From Oopsacas minuta (Eukaryota; Animalia; Porifera): a stretch of 64,000 nucleotides of DNA. The notes beneath the pieces are model-generated. The model was not told where the DNA came from. It searched no databases and saw nothing but the letters and a program-made list of their open reading frames with translations. Within the stretch, counting starts at the first letter, position 1. Each line of letters starts with the position of its first letter. Positions 1-12,449 of the stretch are shown here, piece by piece. The stretch spans positions 878,556-942,555 of the forward strand of contig JAKMXF010000299.1 of the NCBI GenBank assembly GCA_024704765.1, given 5' to 3'. A program made the translations under genes and the position numbers.

Positions 1-406
1 AAAAAACTAGATCATATACTTTCATATTTATTGTTTCTGGGTTACACTAAGAATTCCCTAGTGTTGCAATAATTATTCGACATACTGTATGTATATTTAG
101 TATTGTTTAAAGCAAATCTTATTGATTTACATTTTAATAGTTGTACCACAAGTGTCAGATGCGGCACATCTCTGGATAATTGGCACCAGAATAAGAAAGA
201 GTATGAAAATCCATTGAAATTATCTAAACTGACTTAAAAATATTTGCATAGTTGGAAGTACAGTCCATTTTTGGATCATTCATCACATGCGAAGTGGAGC
301 AGACAATATATAGGTTCCACTACTGCCACTTGTGGCACAAATAGTAAAGTGATAGTTAGCAAAATTAGTTGCTTATCACTATATTAAATATTCATACAGG
401 GTAATA

Positions 407-1717
407 CAGGGTGTCTAATAAGTTCTGTTATACATTTTCGCGCCTTAGACAGTAGCTATTAATATACTTATGAAGTAATCTTCTAGAATTTCTTGTAGCA
501 TTTTTGGCGCTCTTTCAAATTATACCAGTATATATCATTCAAGTTGATGATTTCCCAGAAAATCATGTTAGAAGAAATTCGTTCAAAAATTGTCACTTTT
601 CACGAATCTGGATTTAGCAATAGTGAAATTCTAAAAAGGCTAAAAAATGATAAAGTGAATCCCATGTTGATCTATCGCACAATAAAACGATATATAGAGA
701 CTGGGAGCGTGTCTAACAGGAAACGAATTGGTCGTCCAAGATCCGCCCGCACACCAGCCCTGAAGAATAGTGTTAGATGTCGAATCCTGAGAAATCCCCG
801 GCGTTCAATGCGAAAAATGTCTCGTGAATTCTGTGTCAATCACGAAACGATGCGGAAATTGGTTGTAGAGGACCTGGGAATGAAGTCCTATAAGCGGAAA
901 AACGTACACCATCTTAACGACTCCATACGTCGTAAGCGACTCGAAAGATGCATACAACTAAAAGCCTGATTCGCTCCTGGGACTGAAGATCAGATTTTCT
1001 TCTCAGATGAGAAGCTGTTCACGGTTGAGGAGGCAAGCAATCGTCAAAACGACCGTATACTTGCTTCTCGAAGTCAGGATATCCCAGATAGCATCAAGTA
1101 CATTGATAGAGTCTAGAAGCCTCTTTCTCTGATGGTATGGGCGGGTGTGTCGGCAGACTCACGGACAAACCTGATTTTTGTCCCCCAAGGAGTGAAAATA
1201 AACTCCCAGACGTACAGAGAGCTGGTCTTGGAGCCTGATATTGCGTCTGCTGGTGAGAAGCTCTTCCAAAACCATCCTTAGACTTACCAACAAGACTCTG
1301 CGCCTGCACATGCTTCAAAAGTATCCCAGAGTTGGTTCCGAGAGCAAAATATCGATTTCATAAGTAAGGATGAATGGCCACCATCAAGCCCAGATTTAAA
1401 CCTACTCGACTATTCTGTTTGAGCAAACTTGGAGAGCAGGGCCTGTGCGAAATCTCACAAGAGTTTGGAGTCCCTCAAAGTTAGTTTGTTGAGTGAATGG
1501 CAGAAAATCCCACAGGAGGAGCTGCGAAAAGCTGTCCATCAGTTTTGGGGCAGACTAACTTCCGTAATTCATAAAAAGAGAGGCTATATTGAATGATATT
1601 TGTAATTTGTAATTAGGAACATAAGTCCTAAGAAAATAGAAAGTTTCATGGCTTTACAATGGATAAATTTGAAATTATTGGGGAATTGATATATAACAGA
1701 ACTTATTAGACACCCTG
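407..1717 (+). mobile_element. Tc1/mariner maT-type (DD37D) transposon, full length, copy 1
   Basis: Perfect 26-bp TIRs CAGGGTGTCTAATAAGTTCTGTTATA (407-432 and 1692-1717), TA on both sides, 1311 bp. Confidence 0.95.
547..1596 (+). pseudogene. DD37D transposase with four in-frame stops and no frameshift
   Basis: One frame gives HTH-GRP, FSDEKLF, MVWAG, QQDSAPAH and SPDLNLLDY, with 37 residues between the 2nd and 3rd Asp. Stops at 967, 1114, 1279 and 1420. Confidence 0.93.
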
Positions 1718-2167
1718 TACAGACCCTTAGAATTCATATATGCTATCAGAATGGTTCGTTCTTATTGAATTTATGCAATTAGCACTTGAATAATTAATTA
1801 GTTCATTATCTAATTAAGGAGCAAAGTGTGTCAAGAAATATGTAAGGCAAAGATTTCCAGGATATTGTCAGTGAATGTTTAATATCACAACCAAATAACT
1901 CTTTCACCTATATGATCATCTGCATATTCAAATATCAGCAGTAGAGCCAGGATACACAATTATGTAAACAATGGTGTTCCAGTACTTTTGTTCGGTTAGT
2001 GTCCCAAAAAATATGAAAAAGTAAATATATGATACTCATACACAAGTAAGTGATTCTCTAATGATATTCAAGTTCTATAAGCAAATGTGCAGGAAAATCA
2101 CAATTTAGGAAGCATCTGAATCAATCATAAAAGAATATTTCGTGTAAATCTCTGCTAAATCGTATCT

Positions 2168-2353
2168 TTAGGGAAATAATTCATCAAATTTGAAGCTGGT
2201 TAAAGAATTATCGTTTTCTAAAATAAGAATATCGAAGCTTGGACCAAATTCATTCATAAACTGTCTGCAGGCTCCACATGGGAATATTTTTCCATCCAAA
2301 TTATCCGAAGATAAGATTATTGCAACAATATTCTTTTCTTCATTAGTAAGAGC
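2168..2353 (-). CDS. CDA: Cytidine deaminase, exon 2 (ALTNEEKNIVAIILSSDNLDGKIFPCGACRQFMNEFG...DELFP*)
   Basis: PCGACRQ zinc motif. Acceptor TTTAG|GCT at 2354/2353 in phase 0, matching exon 1. Not in the supplied ORF track (no internal start). Confidence 0.88.
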   Translation of the reverse strand, partial: ALTNEEKNIVAIILSSDNLDGKIFPCGACRQFMNEFGPSFDILILENDNSLTSFKFDELFP

Positions 2354-3894
2354 CTAAATATCGTAAAATTAAGTGATAAGTATACTTGTGGAAAAGAACC
2401 ATTGGATTTGTGTTCAGAAAAGTGCATTGATTATCTTAAATTTCCCAGAGAGCAATGACAATTGTGCCAACGAGTGAATGAGTCAACTACAGGCGCGTAG
2501 CTACCATAGGGCACAGGTGACATGTGTACTCCAAGGTGAACATACTGACGTAATAAACAAATGTAGACTATTCATTCGATACGTGTGAACTATTTTGGAG
2601 GAAATCACTGAAAATTAACGGTGTGGGTAAAATTAAAACTTTTAGCCATACTCTGAATTTAAATATATATTTATTCGGAGTTTCATTATATAAATGTGCT
2701 ATAATTTAACGGCTCGATCCTGGGAGAATAAGACGATCCCGGAAAATAGCTATTTCAGGCATACCGAAATCCCCGGTCGATTCCTGAGTGCAGCCAACGA
2801 TCTTAAACACTCACAGATGTCTTAAGATTACTTGTATTGCACAAGTAAATGGACGCATAGTCTAGGAAAAGGGATACCTCAGGATCGATCAATAAGTCAA
2901 CATTTTGGGGGACAAAGCACGCCGAACCAACCTAGGCCGCTCGCTTTGTATACCCCATAACTCTCTGGATACATTACCATCAATAGAATCGCAATCTTGA
3001 ATGTTTAAATGAACCAATTGCAAACGAAGAAAACGAAATTACAGGGACACTTCCACGAATACGTAAAATATTGTATAATTATAGCATTAGTGGATAATGT
3101 CAATGGAACAGCAAAAGTTTCACCAACAAAGACACAGTTGCTAAACATAGAACTTCGGCAGTATTAGGCATGTAGATAGTAATTACTTATGTGTATCCAT
3201 CTACGTATAGTAAATCAATGGTAAAAGCCTGAACAAATGGAAATTCAACTATCAACATTTAATGTTTCAAAAATGACAACAAAATTGCTAGGATACCTCA
3301 AGTTCTTGAACAAAGTTTAGAAGAAACTTTGCGAACATTTAGTCCTATCTATTGAACTTAAAAATCTCGTTATTAGAGAAAACAAATTTGATTATTACTG
3401 TTGTTTAGATATATTAACCATAAATTCTGTGAAGAGCTCAGGAGTGAAGAAACGATATTAAAACACAAGAGTGTGTGAACATACAAACCTGGGGCCTAAT
3501 TAACTAAAATTCTAAGAATTATTCTTAACTTAATGCTAAGTGTATTTGTAAGAATAATTCTAAGAGTTCATGAAATATTCTTAGTTTTCATTATGAATTC
3601 TTAACCAGGCTATACTTAACGGATTCTAAGAATAATTCTTAGAATAATTCTTAGAGTTAAGAAATTCTAAGAAAATTCTTAGAATTGGGTAATTCTACTA
3701 GATTGATTCTTGCTATTGATTAATAAAAATTATGCCAATTCATTGACTTCAATCGCTTTTGAGAAGATATGCACATAGTAGAAAATAAAATCCTTATACT
3801 TGTATACTTGATTTATCAATAATGAGATAAATTGCCCCATCCAATAGAAAAGGATACTCATTGCATTTCTCATTTTGTTCTATTGTATAAACTC

Positions 3895-4890
3895 ATGGCC
3901 TCGCTTTTTGTTCTTTTGGAGCTGGAAATAGGCAATTTACGATGCTAGAGAATATTTCGTGACAGGTTGAACCCTCTTGATGCGTACACAGAGGTAAAGT
4001 TTATTTCTCGTTATAGAATCAGAAGAGAAATGTTCTTAGAATTGCATGATAAAATTGAGACTTTCATGTCTCGATCTACAAGCTGATCTCATTCACTTTC
4101 GGTGACAAACTCAATTAGCGGTCACTCTTCAGTTTCTAATTACGGGTAATTTACAAACTGTGGTTGCATCAGCTCATGGAATTTCCATGCCTCTGTGTCC
4201 AACTGTGTTAGAGGTGTAACAGATGCATTGTGCTCAATTGCGAACAGTTTCCAACTGCTGCTAGAAAGATGAGCATACAGCATGGATTTATGGAAAATTC
4301 GGGTTTCCTAAAGTATTAGGTTGCTAGACGGCTCACACATTCCAATTGTTGCACCTAGCACTAACGAAGCAATTTATGTTAATCGTAAAAGTTTTCATTC
4401 AATTAACGTCCAAGCGATATGTGACGATATATTCAACTTTATTGATGTAGTTGTGAAGTGGCCAGGCAGCACACATGGCGCGTTCATATGGAGGCAATCA
4501 GGAATCAATCTTAGGATCCCCATTAAAGAAACTCCAGTTCTTGATGGGTGGTTCCTCGGCGATAGTGGTTATCCCTTGCGCCCAAATTTAATGACTCCAT
4601 TACTATCTCCTGTTACACCTCGCGAAAGAAGGTATAATCGTGCTTTCCTGAAGACTCGAAAGACAATTGAATGTACCTTTGGAATATGGAAAAGCAGATG
4701 GAGATCAATGGGCAAGACTGGTGGCAGTTTGTGCTATAGCTCAGATAGTGTTTGCAAACTAATCCTATCTACCATGATACTTCATAATTTTTGTGTTGAT
4801 TGCAGTCTTCAAATTGATATTGAAAACTTGGAAAGTGACATGCCCTACACCGAAACAGACTACACTGAACATTCAGATATGGGATTTTAA
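3895..4890 (+). pseudogene. Harbinger (HARBI1/DDE_Tnp_4-like) transposase, disrupted
   Basis: RIFRDRLNPLDAY, LDGSHIPI, YVNRKSFHSINVQAICD, WPGSTHGAF, LGDSGYPL and RKTIECTFGIWKSRWR. Stops and frameshifts in the 5' third. Confidence 0.9.
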
Positions 4891-5049
4891 TTCGAGAAAA
4901 TATAATTATAAAATATTTCACATGACATAGGAAGGTTAATTAATTAATTGTGACATGAATGAATTAGGCTCTGATTTACTTATGACATAATAATCTTAAT
5001 TAAGGATTCCTAATCTTGACTTTGAAAGTAATGAGGCAATGAAGACAAA

Positions 5050-5773
5050 TTAGAAGCAGGAAATGAGGGGGGGCAATGTCTGAAAATGCGGCGGTGGAGA
5101 CATAGTTTGAGCCATCGGAAGAGAAAGTGTCTTTGATTGATCCGCTGCTATATGTTGCAAGATCTGGATCACTCGATCGAATTTACTCACAAGTCGATCT
5201 AGCTTAGAATCGATGTTAGCCAAAATCTCCAATTTTTTATCTTCTTTCTCTAAAATTGCACGTTTGGTCGATTCCAATTCGTAATTTTCCAATCGATGAC
5301 GTTTTCTTGGGGCTGGTTGGAAAAACTTTATTTCTTCAACTGGGCTCATCAGCATCCTTTCAGTTTCATCATTTGAACATTGGGATTCAAGAGAGAGATC
5401 GATACCAGATTCAATGCCTTCAAAAGCTTCCTTCCCTTTGATGCTACTGATTTTAGCTTCTATTTCATTTAAATCAGCATCTGCAGGACCTCTCCAGTTT
5501 TTCTTGCTGATGCTAACTTATCTGCAATACGAGGCTTATGTTTTCTTAGTATATTATACCATTTTTTCATGATATCATCTCTTGTTCTTACATTCCCATG
5601 TAATTTAGACAGTCTCCCTGAAATTTCTTCACAGATTTGTTCTTATCATCGAAAGTCAAGAGTTGATGTTAGAGCGCCGAACAGTTTCGATTTTGATCAT
5701 GAATGAGATTCACGAGTGACATTATCTCCTCTGAGTAATTCTTTGAACGAGTTTTCGATTTTTCACTGGTCAT
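5050..5773 (-). pseudogene. Harbinger Myb/SANT-like DNA-binding protein, disrupted
   Basis: MTSEKSKTRSKNYSEE..., ...VRTRDDIMKKWYNILRK... across frameshifts, followed by a coiled-coil-like tail. Convergent with the transposase, as in Harbinger elements. Confidence 0.75.
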
Positions 5774-6699
5774 AATGCGATTGATTGGTATGATAAAATC
5801 ATAATTAATTAACATTTCATTATTATTTATACTTATAACTAAAGAAGATAATATACGTAAATGGATAAAATTGCATAGATTGCGTATATTTTTGCAGGAC
5901 GCACTCAAATGACATTGACTTTATTTACCTTAGTTTGGAAACAACACTATTATGTTTCAAAGTATATGAGATATAAATACATAAATACATTTAATAATTT
6001 CATAATACAATTCAGAGTGACACAAGAATTATATCTAAATATAATTGGTATGTAGTTCGACTTGTCCTATGCTGTGGTTATTACAACATGTGGATATGAT
6101 AATCAAACATATTGCCTTTCTCCGATTAACAATCTTCTTTGTAAATAAATGCATATTCATTATAATTTCATAGAAAAGTAGAAAAAATTATAAGTTAAGT
6201 GTCCTCTTTACCTCACTAAATATTTTTCTTAGAATTATTCTAAGAATTTCACTTGAAGTTAAGCAAAATTCTAAGAATTTGACTTAAGCATTTGAATTAA
6301 TAAGGCCCCAGATATTTATTTAGAGTACAGATGATAGTTGGAGATGTGACGCATTGGTTGTGTGAGAAAGAGGGGTTTGCGAAGCTAGGGTTCATATCAA
6401 AGGGATGGTGACAGTAAAGGGGACAACTGAGCACCCGCATGGACCGGACGAGCAGGAAGAGGGATGTTATGAAGCGAAAGTTGGCATGAAGAGGAAAGCA
6501 CGGAAGTCCCAGGATAGCGACACCACATAGTGGCCTAGAGTTTGCAGAGAGCAGGAGAAGGTACTGCTGCAAAACTACCCAAACTGCACAGCCTGAAGCA
6601 GACAATTATAAGGGAAGTTGACAAGTTTATTGACGCGGTTTTGAAAAAAGCCTGTTTTACAAAGGTGAGAGAGAGAGAAATGGGATTATAGGAAATTAC

Positions 6700-7425
6700 A
6701 GAGAAGAATGTTTAAAAGTCCTGTACGGAATGGGTAGAGTTCTGGGGGACTACACAGGGCAAATTATACGTAGCGGCTATGGGATACCTGTGGCATACGT
6801 TTGTGGCCGCACATCACGAGCTCAGTCATGGGGGACGTGACAGGATGTACGATTATTTCTTGAGCCACAAGGATCACGTGCTTCGTGCAGTAATTGTCCT
6901 CTTCGTACGCCTTTGTGCCCAGATAAGGACTATCAGGACTTCTTCAGCAAGTTTGCCATACTAAGGTCTCTCAAGTCCAAGCGAGCTGTAGAGGTGACTG
7001 AACATCCTGTGCAGATCTTCTGTTAGCATGGCCCTACACATCTTATCAAATCAAATCCACAACTCTGGGTAAATAGTTACAATTTGTTCAGTATAGCAAG
7101 AATAACGTATTACACTCGAGTATTTAGGCGACACCCTTCTCTGTACACTTTAAGAAAACGCCATCTAATCTCAGTGTGCATATGCTACTACCAATGCTTA
7201 AACCCTTGACCGCCACCACCCAGCCCTATGTTATTAACCTCTCTTTCCCCCCAGGAACCTACTGATGAAATAGATATTGCAGCGAGCGCCACACTCACTG
7301 ATACTGCCCCATCACAGCCTTGCTCTTCCCATCATATCAGTACCTACTCATCTTTCACTCCCTCACAGGAGCAGGAAGACACTTCAGCTGAAGAGACTGA
7401 TACGGGCGATCTCCTACAATCCTAA
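6700..7425 (+). pseudogene. Integrase HHCC (H2C2) zinc-binding-domain gene relic, KRBA2/SCAND3-like, arm A
   Basis: HHELSHGGRDRM...VIVLFVRLCAQ resembles the HxxxxHGGRDRM...LC motif of KRBA2/Ginger-type integrases. Acidic Ser/Thr tail stops at 7425. No integrase core seen. Confidence 0.55.
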
Positions 7426-8022
7426 GGCCTACTACAAGCTTGTCAGTGTGGGTGAATGCTGTGGTGATTGTCCCTTGTGCAGTCCTTATCTGGAAAGCCC
7501 CACCATCCGATTATACATCCGTGACGGTAGCAATGAGATTGGTGGGCCAATGCTAGGCTGTCCCTGTCAGTATACAGAATGGGTATCCTCACATTATCCC
7601 TCTTTTAAATAGTCTAGCTACTTTTTTTGCTAGAATGTATCATGTCAGCTCCTGGCTTTCTGAGAGCTCTCCAGCCTCCTTGACGAAGCTTCTCAGTATT
7701 TCGCGGTTTGCTGCAATACTCATCGCGGACATAGAAGTACTTTACTGGAGTCTTATCGTACGCGTCTACTCGGTCCAGGAAGTTTGTATGAAATCGATCC
7801 AGTTTACAATGCTGCAACTCACAGTCCAGTTGCCAACATCTATTACACAGACTGGACAGAGAAGATGGTCAATTAAGTAGGTGTCCGATCCTAGAGAATA
7901 GTAGATGCCGGTGGAAGAGGTGAGAGGGATGAATCAGAGGGTATCGGTCCGGGCTGGCCAGAGGTAAGGTTAATATAAGATGTAACTCGTGTTCCGATCA
8001 GCGGGGCTACAATAAGGTTGTA

Positions 8023-9290
8023 CAAGGGTTGTTCAATAAGTACTGAGACTAATGTATCGAATTCATGTTCTTGTTAATACAGCTCTAAGCCTAATATCAG
8101 ATTACAAGCCTAACTTGATTAGGGTGTCCCAATAAAATCGAATTTTTGAAAGGTTTATGGGGGACCCCCTAAGAAGTTTCTATATATCATAAAATATTGT
8201 GTAAAAATTTCAAATATTTATGAAGTGATCTAGGGGTCCCTCAATGGCTTCGTAAATTATATTTACACCTGTTTTTGACAATTTCAAAATTTAATTTTTT
8301 GCTAGAAGCTAGCCTTAAAATGCTAGCCCGGGTGAATCGACGATGCAGATTTCAGATATACCATCAGAAATTTGTTATCTGTACAATGTAATATTTTTTC
8401 AAGAAGTAAAATATTTTTGTAATTCATTGTATATTATTAATAGATTAAATGAAATTAAGCTCAGATATAGTTGGAGTATCAAATTTCTGATGGTAAATCT
8501 GAAATCTGTCTCGTCGATTCACCCAGGTTAGCATTTTAAAGTAAGTTTCTAGCAAAAAATTAAATTTTGAATTGTAAAAAACAGGTGAAAAATATAATTT
8601 ACGAAGCCATTGAGGGACCCCTAAATCACTTCATAAATACTTGAAATTTTTTCCACAATCATTTTATGATATATAGAAACTTCTTAGGTGGTCCCCCATA
8701 AACCTTTCAAAAATTCGATTTTTTTGGGAAACCCTAATCAGCAGGGAAGAGAATGGCAACAGTATTTTTTGAATAGGAAGAAATTATACACCTCGACTGG
8801 TTGCTTGAGAAGACAACCATAAACAGTGACTATTACGTTGACGAATTGAAAGAATTGCGTCAAGCAATTAAACGTGAGAGGCGAGGCAAGTAGACACGTG
8901 GCGTATTGCTGCAACATAACAAAGCAAGGTCCCATGTAAACTACAAGATAATGGCTGCAATTGACGACTTAGGATTCGAATGCCTCCCTCATCCCCTTAT
9001 AGTCCAGACCTGGCTCCCAGCGACTACTGGCTGTTTGGAGAGACGAAGAAACCCCTTCGAGGGAAGAGATTTGAGGATTTCAAACGGCTGGAGTATGAAA
9101 TAAAACAGTGAGAAAAGGGACCCCTAAAGAATTTTATACCACTGGGCTGGAAAAGTTACTAGAACGATGGAAAGGATGCATAAAGTTAAAGGGGGAATTT
9201 ATCGAAACATTTGATATAATCAATTATGATAAGTATAGGTTTACTATATGAATTATGAAAAATGTCTCATTATTTATTGAACAACCCTTG
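8023..9290 (+). mobile_element. mariner (DD34D-type) element with N-terminal deletion, inserted in arm B
   Basis: TIRs CAAGGGTTGTTCAATAA with TA TSD. Relic GKRMATVF...VLLQHNKARSH...YSPDLAPSDYWLF at about 8740-9200. Confidence 0.9.
8122..8734. mobile_element. Palindromic MITE nested in the mariner
   Basis: Inverted arms of about 250 bp starting GGGTGTCCCAATAAAATCG and ending CGATTTTTTTGGGAAACCC, TA on both sides, spacer about 100 bp. Confidence 0.85.
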
Positions 9291-9337
9291 TAGGAATCAT
9301 CATAAAGATCGTCGGTAAGACATAGATGAAGTAGGCC

Positions 9338-10080
9338 TTAGGGTCGTAGGAGATCGTCCATATCAGTGTCGTCTACTGGCCTGTCCTCTTGCTCCTGGGA
9401 GGCAGTGAAAGATGGGTAGGTACTGATATGATGGGAAGAGCAAGGCTGTGATGGGGCAGTATCAGTGAGTGTGGCGCTCGCTGCAATATCTATTTCATCA
9501 GTAGGTTCCTGGGGGGAAAGAGAGGTTAATAACATAGGGCTGGGTGGTGGCGGTCAAGGGTTTAAGCATTGGTAGTAGCATATGCACACTGAGATTAGAT
9601 GGCGTTTTCTTAAAGTGTACAGAGAAGGGTGTCGCCTAAATACTCGAGTGTAATACGTTATTCTTGCTATACTGAACAAATTGTAACTATTTACCCAGAG
9701 TTGTGGATTTGATTTGATAAGATGTGTAGGGCCATGCTAACAGAAGATCTGCACAGGATGTTCAGTCACCTCTACAGCTCGCTTGGACTTGAGAGACCTT
9801 AGTATGGCAAACTTGCTGAAGAAGTCCTGATAGTCCTTATCTGGGCACAAAGGCGTACGAAGAGGACAATTACTGCACGAAGCACGTGATCCTTGTGGCT
9901 CAAGAAATAATCGTACATCCTGTCACGTCCCCCATGACTGAGCTCGTGATGTGCGGCCACTAACGTATCCCACAGGTCTCCCATAGAAACTACGCGTAAC
10001 TTGCTCCGTGTAGTCCCCCAGAACTCAACCCTTTCACGTACAGTAACTTTACACTCTCAAACTCCTATATAGAATAGCCC
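9338..10080 (-). pseudogene. HHCC-domain gene relic, arm B (inverted paralogue of arm A)
   Basis: 9416-9960 is the exact reverse complement of 6803-7347. Flanks are homologous but diverged, and the stop codon is at the same position. Confidence 0.6.
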
Positions 10081-10236
10081 AACTTTATCCTGCTCCAATT
10101 GCGATCATTCGTATTGCAATTATCTCCTGTGTAATTATCTATAATACCTTCTCTTTCCTCTCTACTCACCATATGTAAGTTGAGCTTCTGAATCTGTGCT
10201 TCAGATATTCCCTTAATGTTTGACAAAATGAAAATA

Positions 10237-10740
10237 CAGTGGAAGCCGCTTAATCGGGACTCGGATAATCGGGATATCCGCTTAAACGGGATAAAGGTTT
10301 GGGAACAGATTTCTTACATAGAAAAATCGTCGGATAATTGGGATATCAAATCGGTCAATCGGGATTCTTATCACAATTAACCGAATATGAAAATTATATT
10401 CGTGTAATTGGGGTCTCATCTCAATTAACCGATTGTATATTTATTCAGAATCATTGTAATGTGGTTTATCTTAAAACTGGGAATTTTAATATCTACAACC
10501 AGAACAATACTACGCCAATTCGATTACAATTTACAAACCAAGATTATATTAAATTTGCTCACTCCCTATATAAATCAGGATTTTGTAGTAGTGTAATAAC
10601 TGATTTCTGATGTTGATCTGAGCTATGAAAACTAGTAGTTTTGAATACTTAAATATATCAAAATCAGGTTTATCGAGACAATCGGTTAATTGGGACAAAG
10701 ATTTGACTCCCAAGCTGTCCCGATTATGCGGCTTCCACTG
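10237..10740. mobile_element. pogo-like MITE, 504 bp
   Basis: 24-bp TIRs CAGTGGAAGCCGCWTAATCGGGAC (one mismatch), TA TSD. Confidence 0.9.
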
Positions 10741-10994
10741 TATATTGATTTTGCCCAAGGTGAACAAACAATAATAAGGACAATACAATTTTATAGTAAC
10801 TAGTTGGAAATAGCGAAGTAACTGTTGTATGATAGCAGAATTGTCACTATAGAAATAACCAACTAGTAGCATCTAGGTACCTTTGGTATGTATGTTGATT
10901 AGTGATTACAGAAATATATTTACATTTAAGTGAACCATGAGATCATAAGTAGAAATATACAAATAACCTACTCAATTTGGACGGTGACATATAA

Positions 10995-11594
10995 ATGTGT
11001 GTATGTGTGTATGCATATATATATATATATGTTTGTACGTCGAGAATAGAATGAAAAACTGGAAGACACCCATGGCAGTTTTTAGCATACAAGGGCATTT
11101 TTGATCTGGCTCCGAAAAGTTCGAGTCTTGGACGAAAATTTACACCTATGAAGATATTATGACGCCATTCTCACTCTTTTGGATATCGAAAAATTACATT
11201 GTACCTACTGCTCATCCAATAATGATAGAATACTCCTCAATATGTGACACAATCTGACTTCATGATTTGGCCAATACTAATTCATCATGGGGTTATTAGT
11301 CATCATGACCGTACAAAAAAATTTCTGTATTTTTTAAAATCCGTGGCAGAAGTGTCGAGATTACTAACCAATACTGACCTAGCATCTCGAGTGTCCCAAA
11401 GAAGGCCATTGGATGTAACCTTGATTGACCATGAATAATACAAATTTAACTATTGTGTTAACTTGAGGCACGTAGTGTCGAGTATATTCTGACACGTAGT
11501 GACCAATATATTATAATATTTAGCTGTTATATGCTCATGTTAAGCTGGAGCACTAAGCTGTTGTACAGCGACTTAGCAAGCGAAGCGCGCTTGT
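10995..11594 (+). repeat. Helitron-like non-autonomous repeat
   Basis: 5' GT/TA microsatellite, core TTCGAGTCTTGGACGAAAATT shared with about 60956-60976, and a 3' GC hairpin GCAAGCGAAGCGCGCTTGT. Confidence 0.55.
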
Positions 11595-11944
11595 ACAAAA
11601 TAAAACGCAATTAATCTGCACATATATATGTATATATCATGGTTGAAACAGCTCGAACAGAATATCAGTATACATAAATAGTAGCCTAACCGAATACTGT
11701 CAACCATTATATGCTAAAAAATTTTAGGAATGTGTCGAAGTATTATATTGTAAGCATTTGTGAATATATGCCATTCTTTGATGTCTCTAAGAATATTAAA
11801 TATTTCATGTTTAATTTCAAAGTGATTACATAAAATGATCTATAGTTACGTATATACAAAATATCAAAATTTCAAATAAGACGGTAACTCGTTATTATGG
11901 ACATACAAGAATATATATATATATATAGCACCATACATATATAT

Positions 11945-12446
11945 TAGAGTTTGGAATCCGGATAATATCCGGATAGTAACTCTACTGCAACTATCCGGTA
12001 TACGGATAATATTTGGTCGAATATCCGGATAATTTGGCATCCATATATCGTTCGTAAATCGTAGTCTAAACACCTCAATCTACTCCTACATGCCTTAGAT
12101 TCAATACTTCCAACAAGTGTAGAATCTGAAAGAGCATTTTCTGCTGCAGGTCTATTTATCACCAAGATAGATCCCGGCTAAGTGACGATATAATAGATAC
12201 ATTATGTTTCCTGAAAAGCTACTTCAAGAAGTTAGATTACATTAAATATAATACATTAGTTTAGTAAATGAATATTAGTCATTCTTATATTTCAGTTATT
12301 CTTCAAAATCAATTCGTATATTAGCATAGCATAGCATAGTATTCATGCAATACAGACATAAAGTGAGTCTAATAACAAACTGGGAAAAGTATCACTATAA
12401 AAGGGATATCCGGATATCTTTCATTGTCAAATAGTTCTAAACCCTA
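11945..12446 (+). mobile_element. hAT deletion derivative carrying the dimerisation-domain coding remnant
   Basis: TIRs TAGRGTTTRGAA, ATCCGGAT subterminal repeats, PTSVESERAFSAAG remnant. 8-bp TSD ATATATAT, whose right copy is split by the maT at 12450. Confidence 0.8.
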
Positions 12447-12449
12447 ATA

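Larger units (their letters stand above)
3491..6309. mobile_element. PIF/Harbinger transposon with two convergent genes
   Basis: Ends GGGGCCTAATTAA and TTAATAAGGCCCC, subterminal TTCTWAGAA repeats at both ends, HARBI1-type transposase on plus and Myb/SANT-like gene on minus. Confidence 0.9.
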
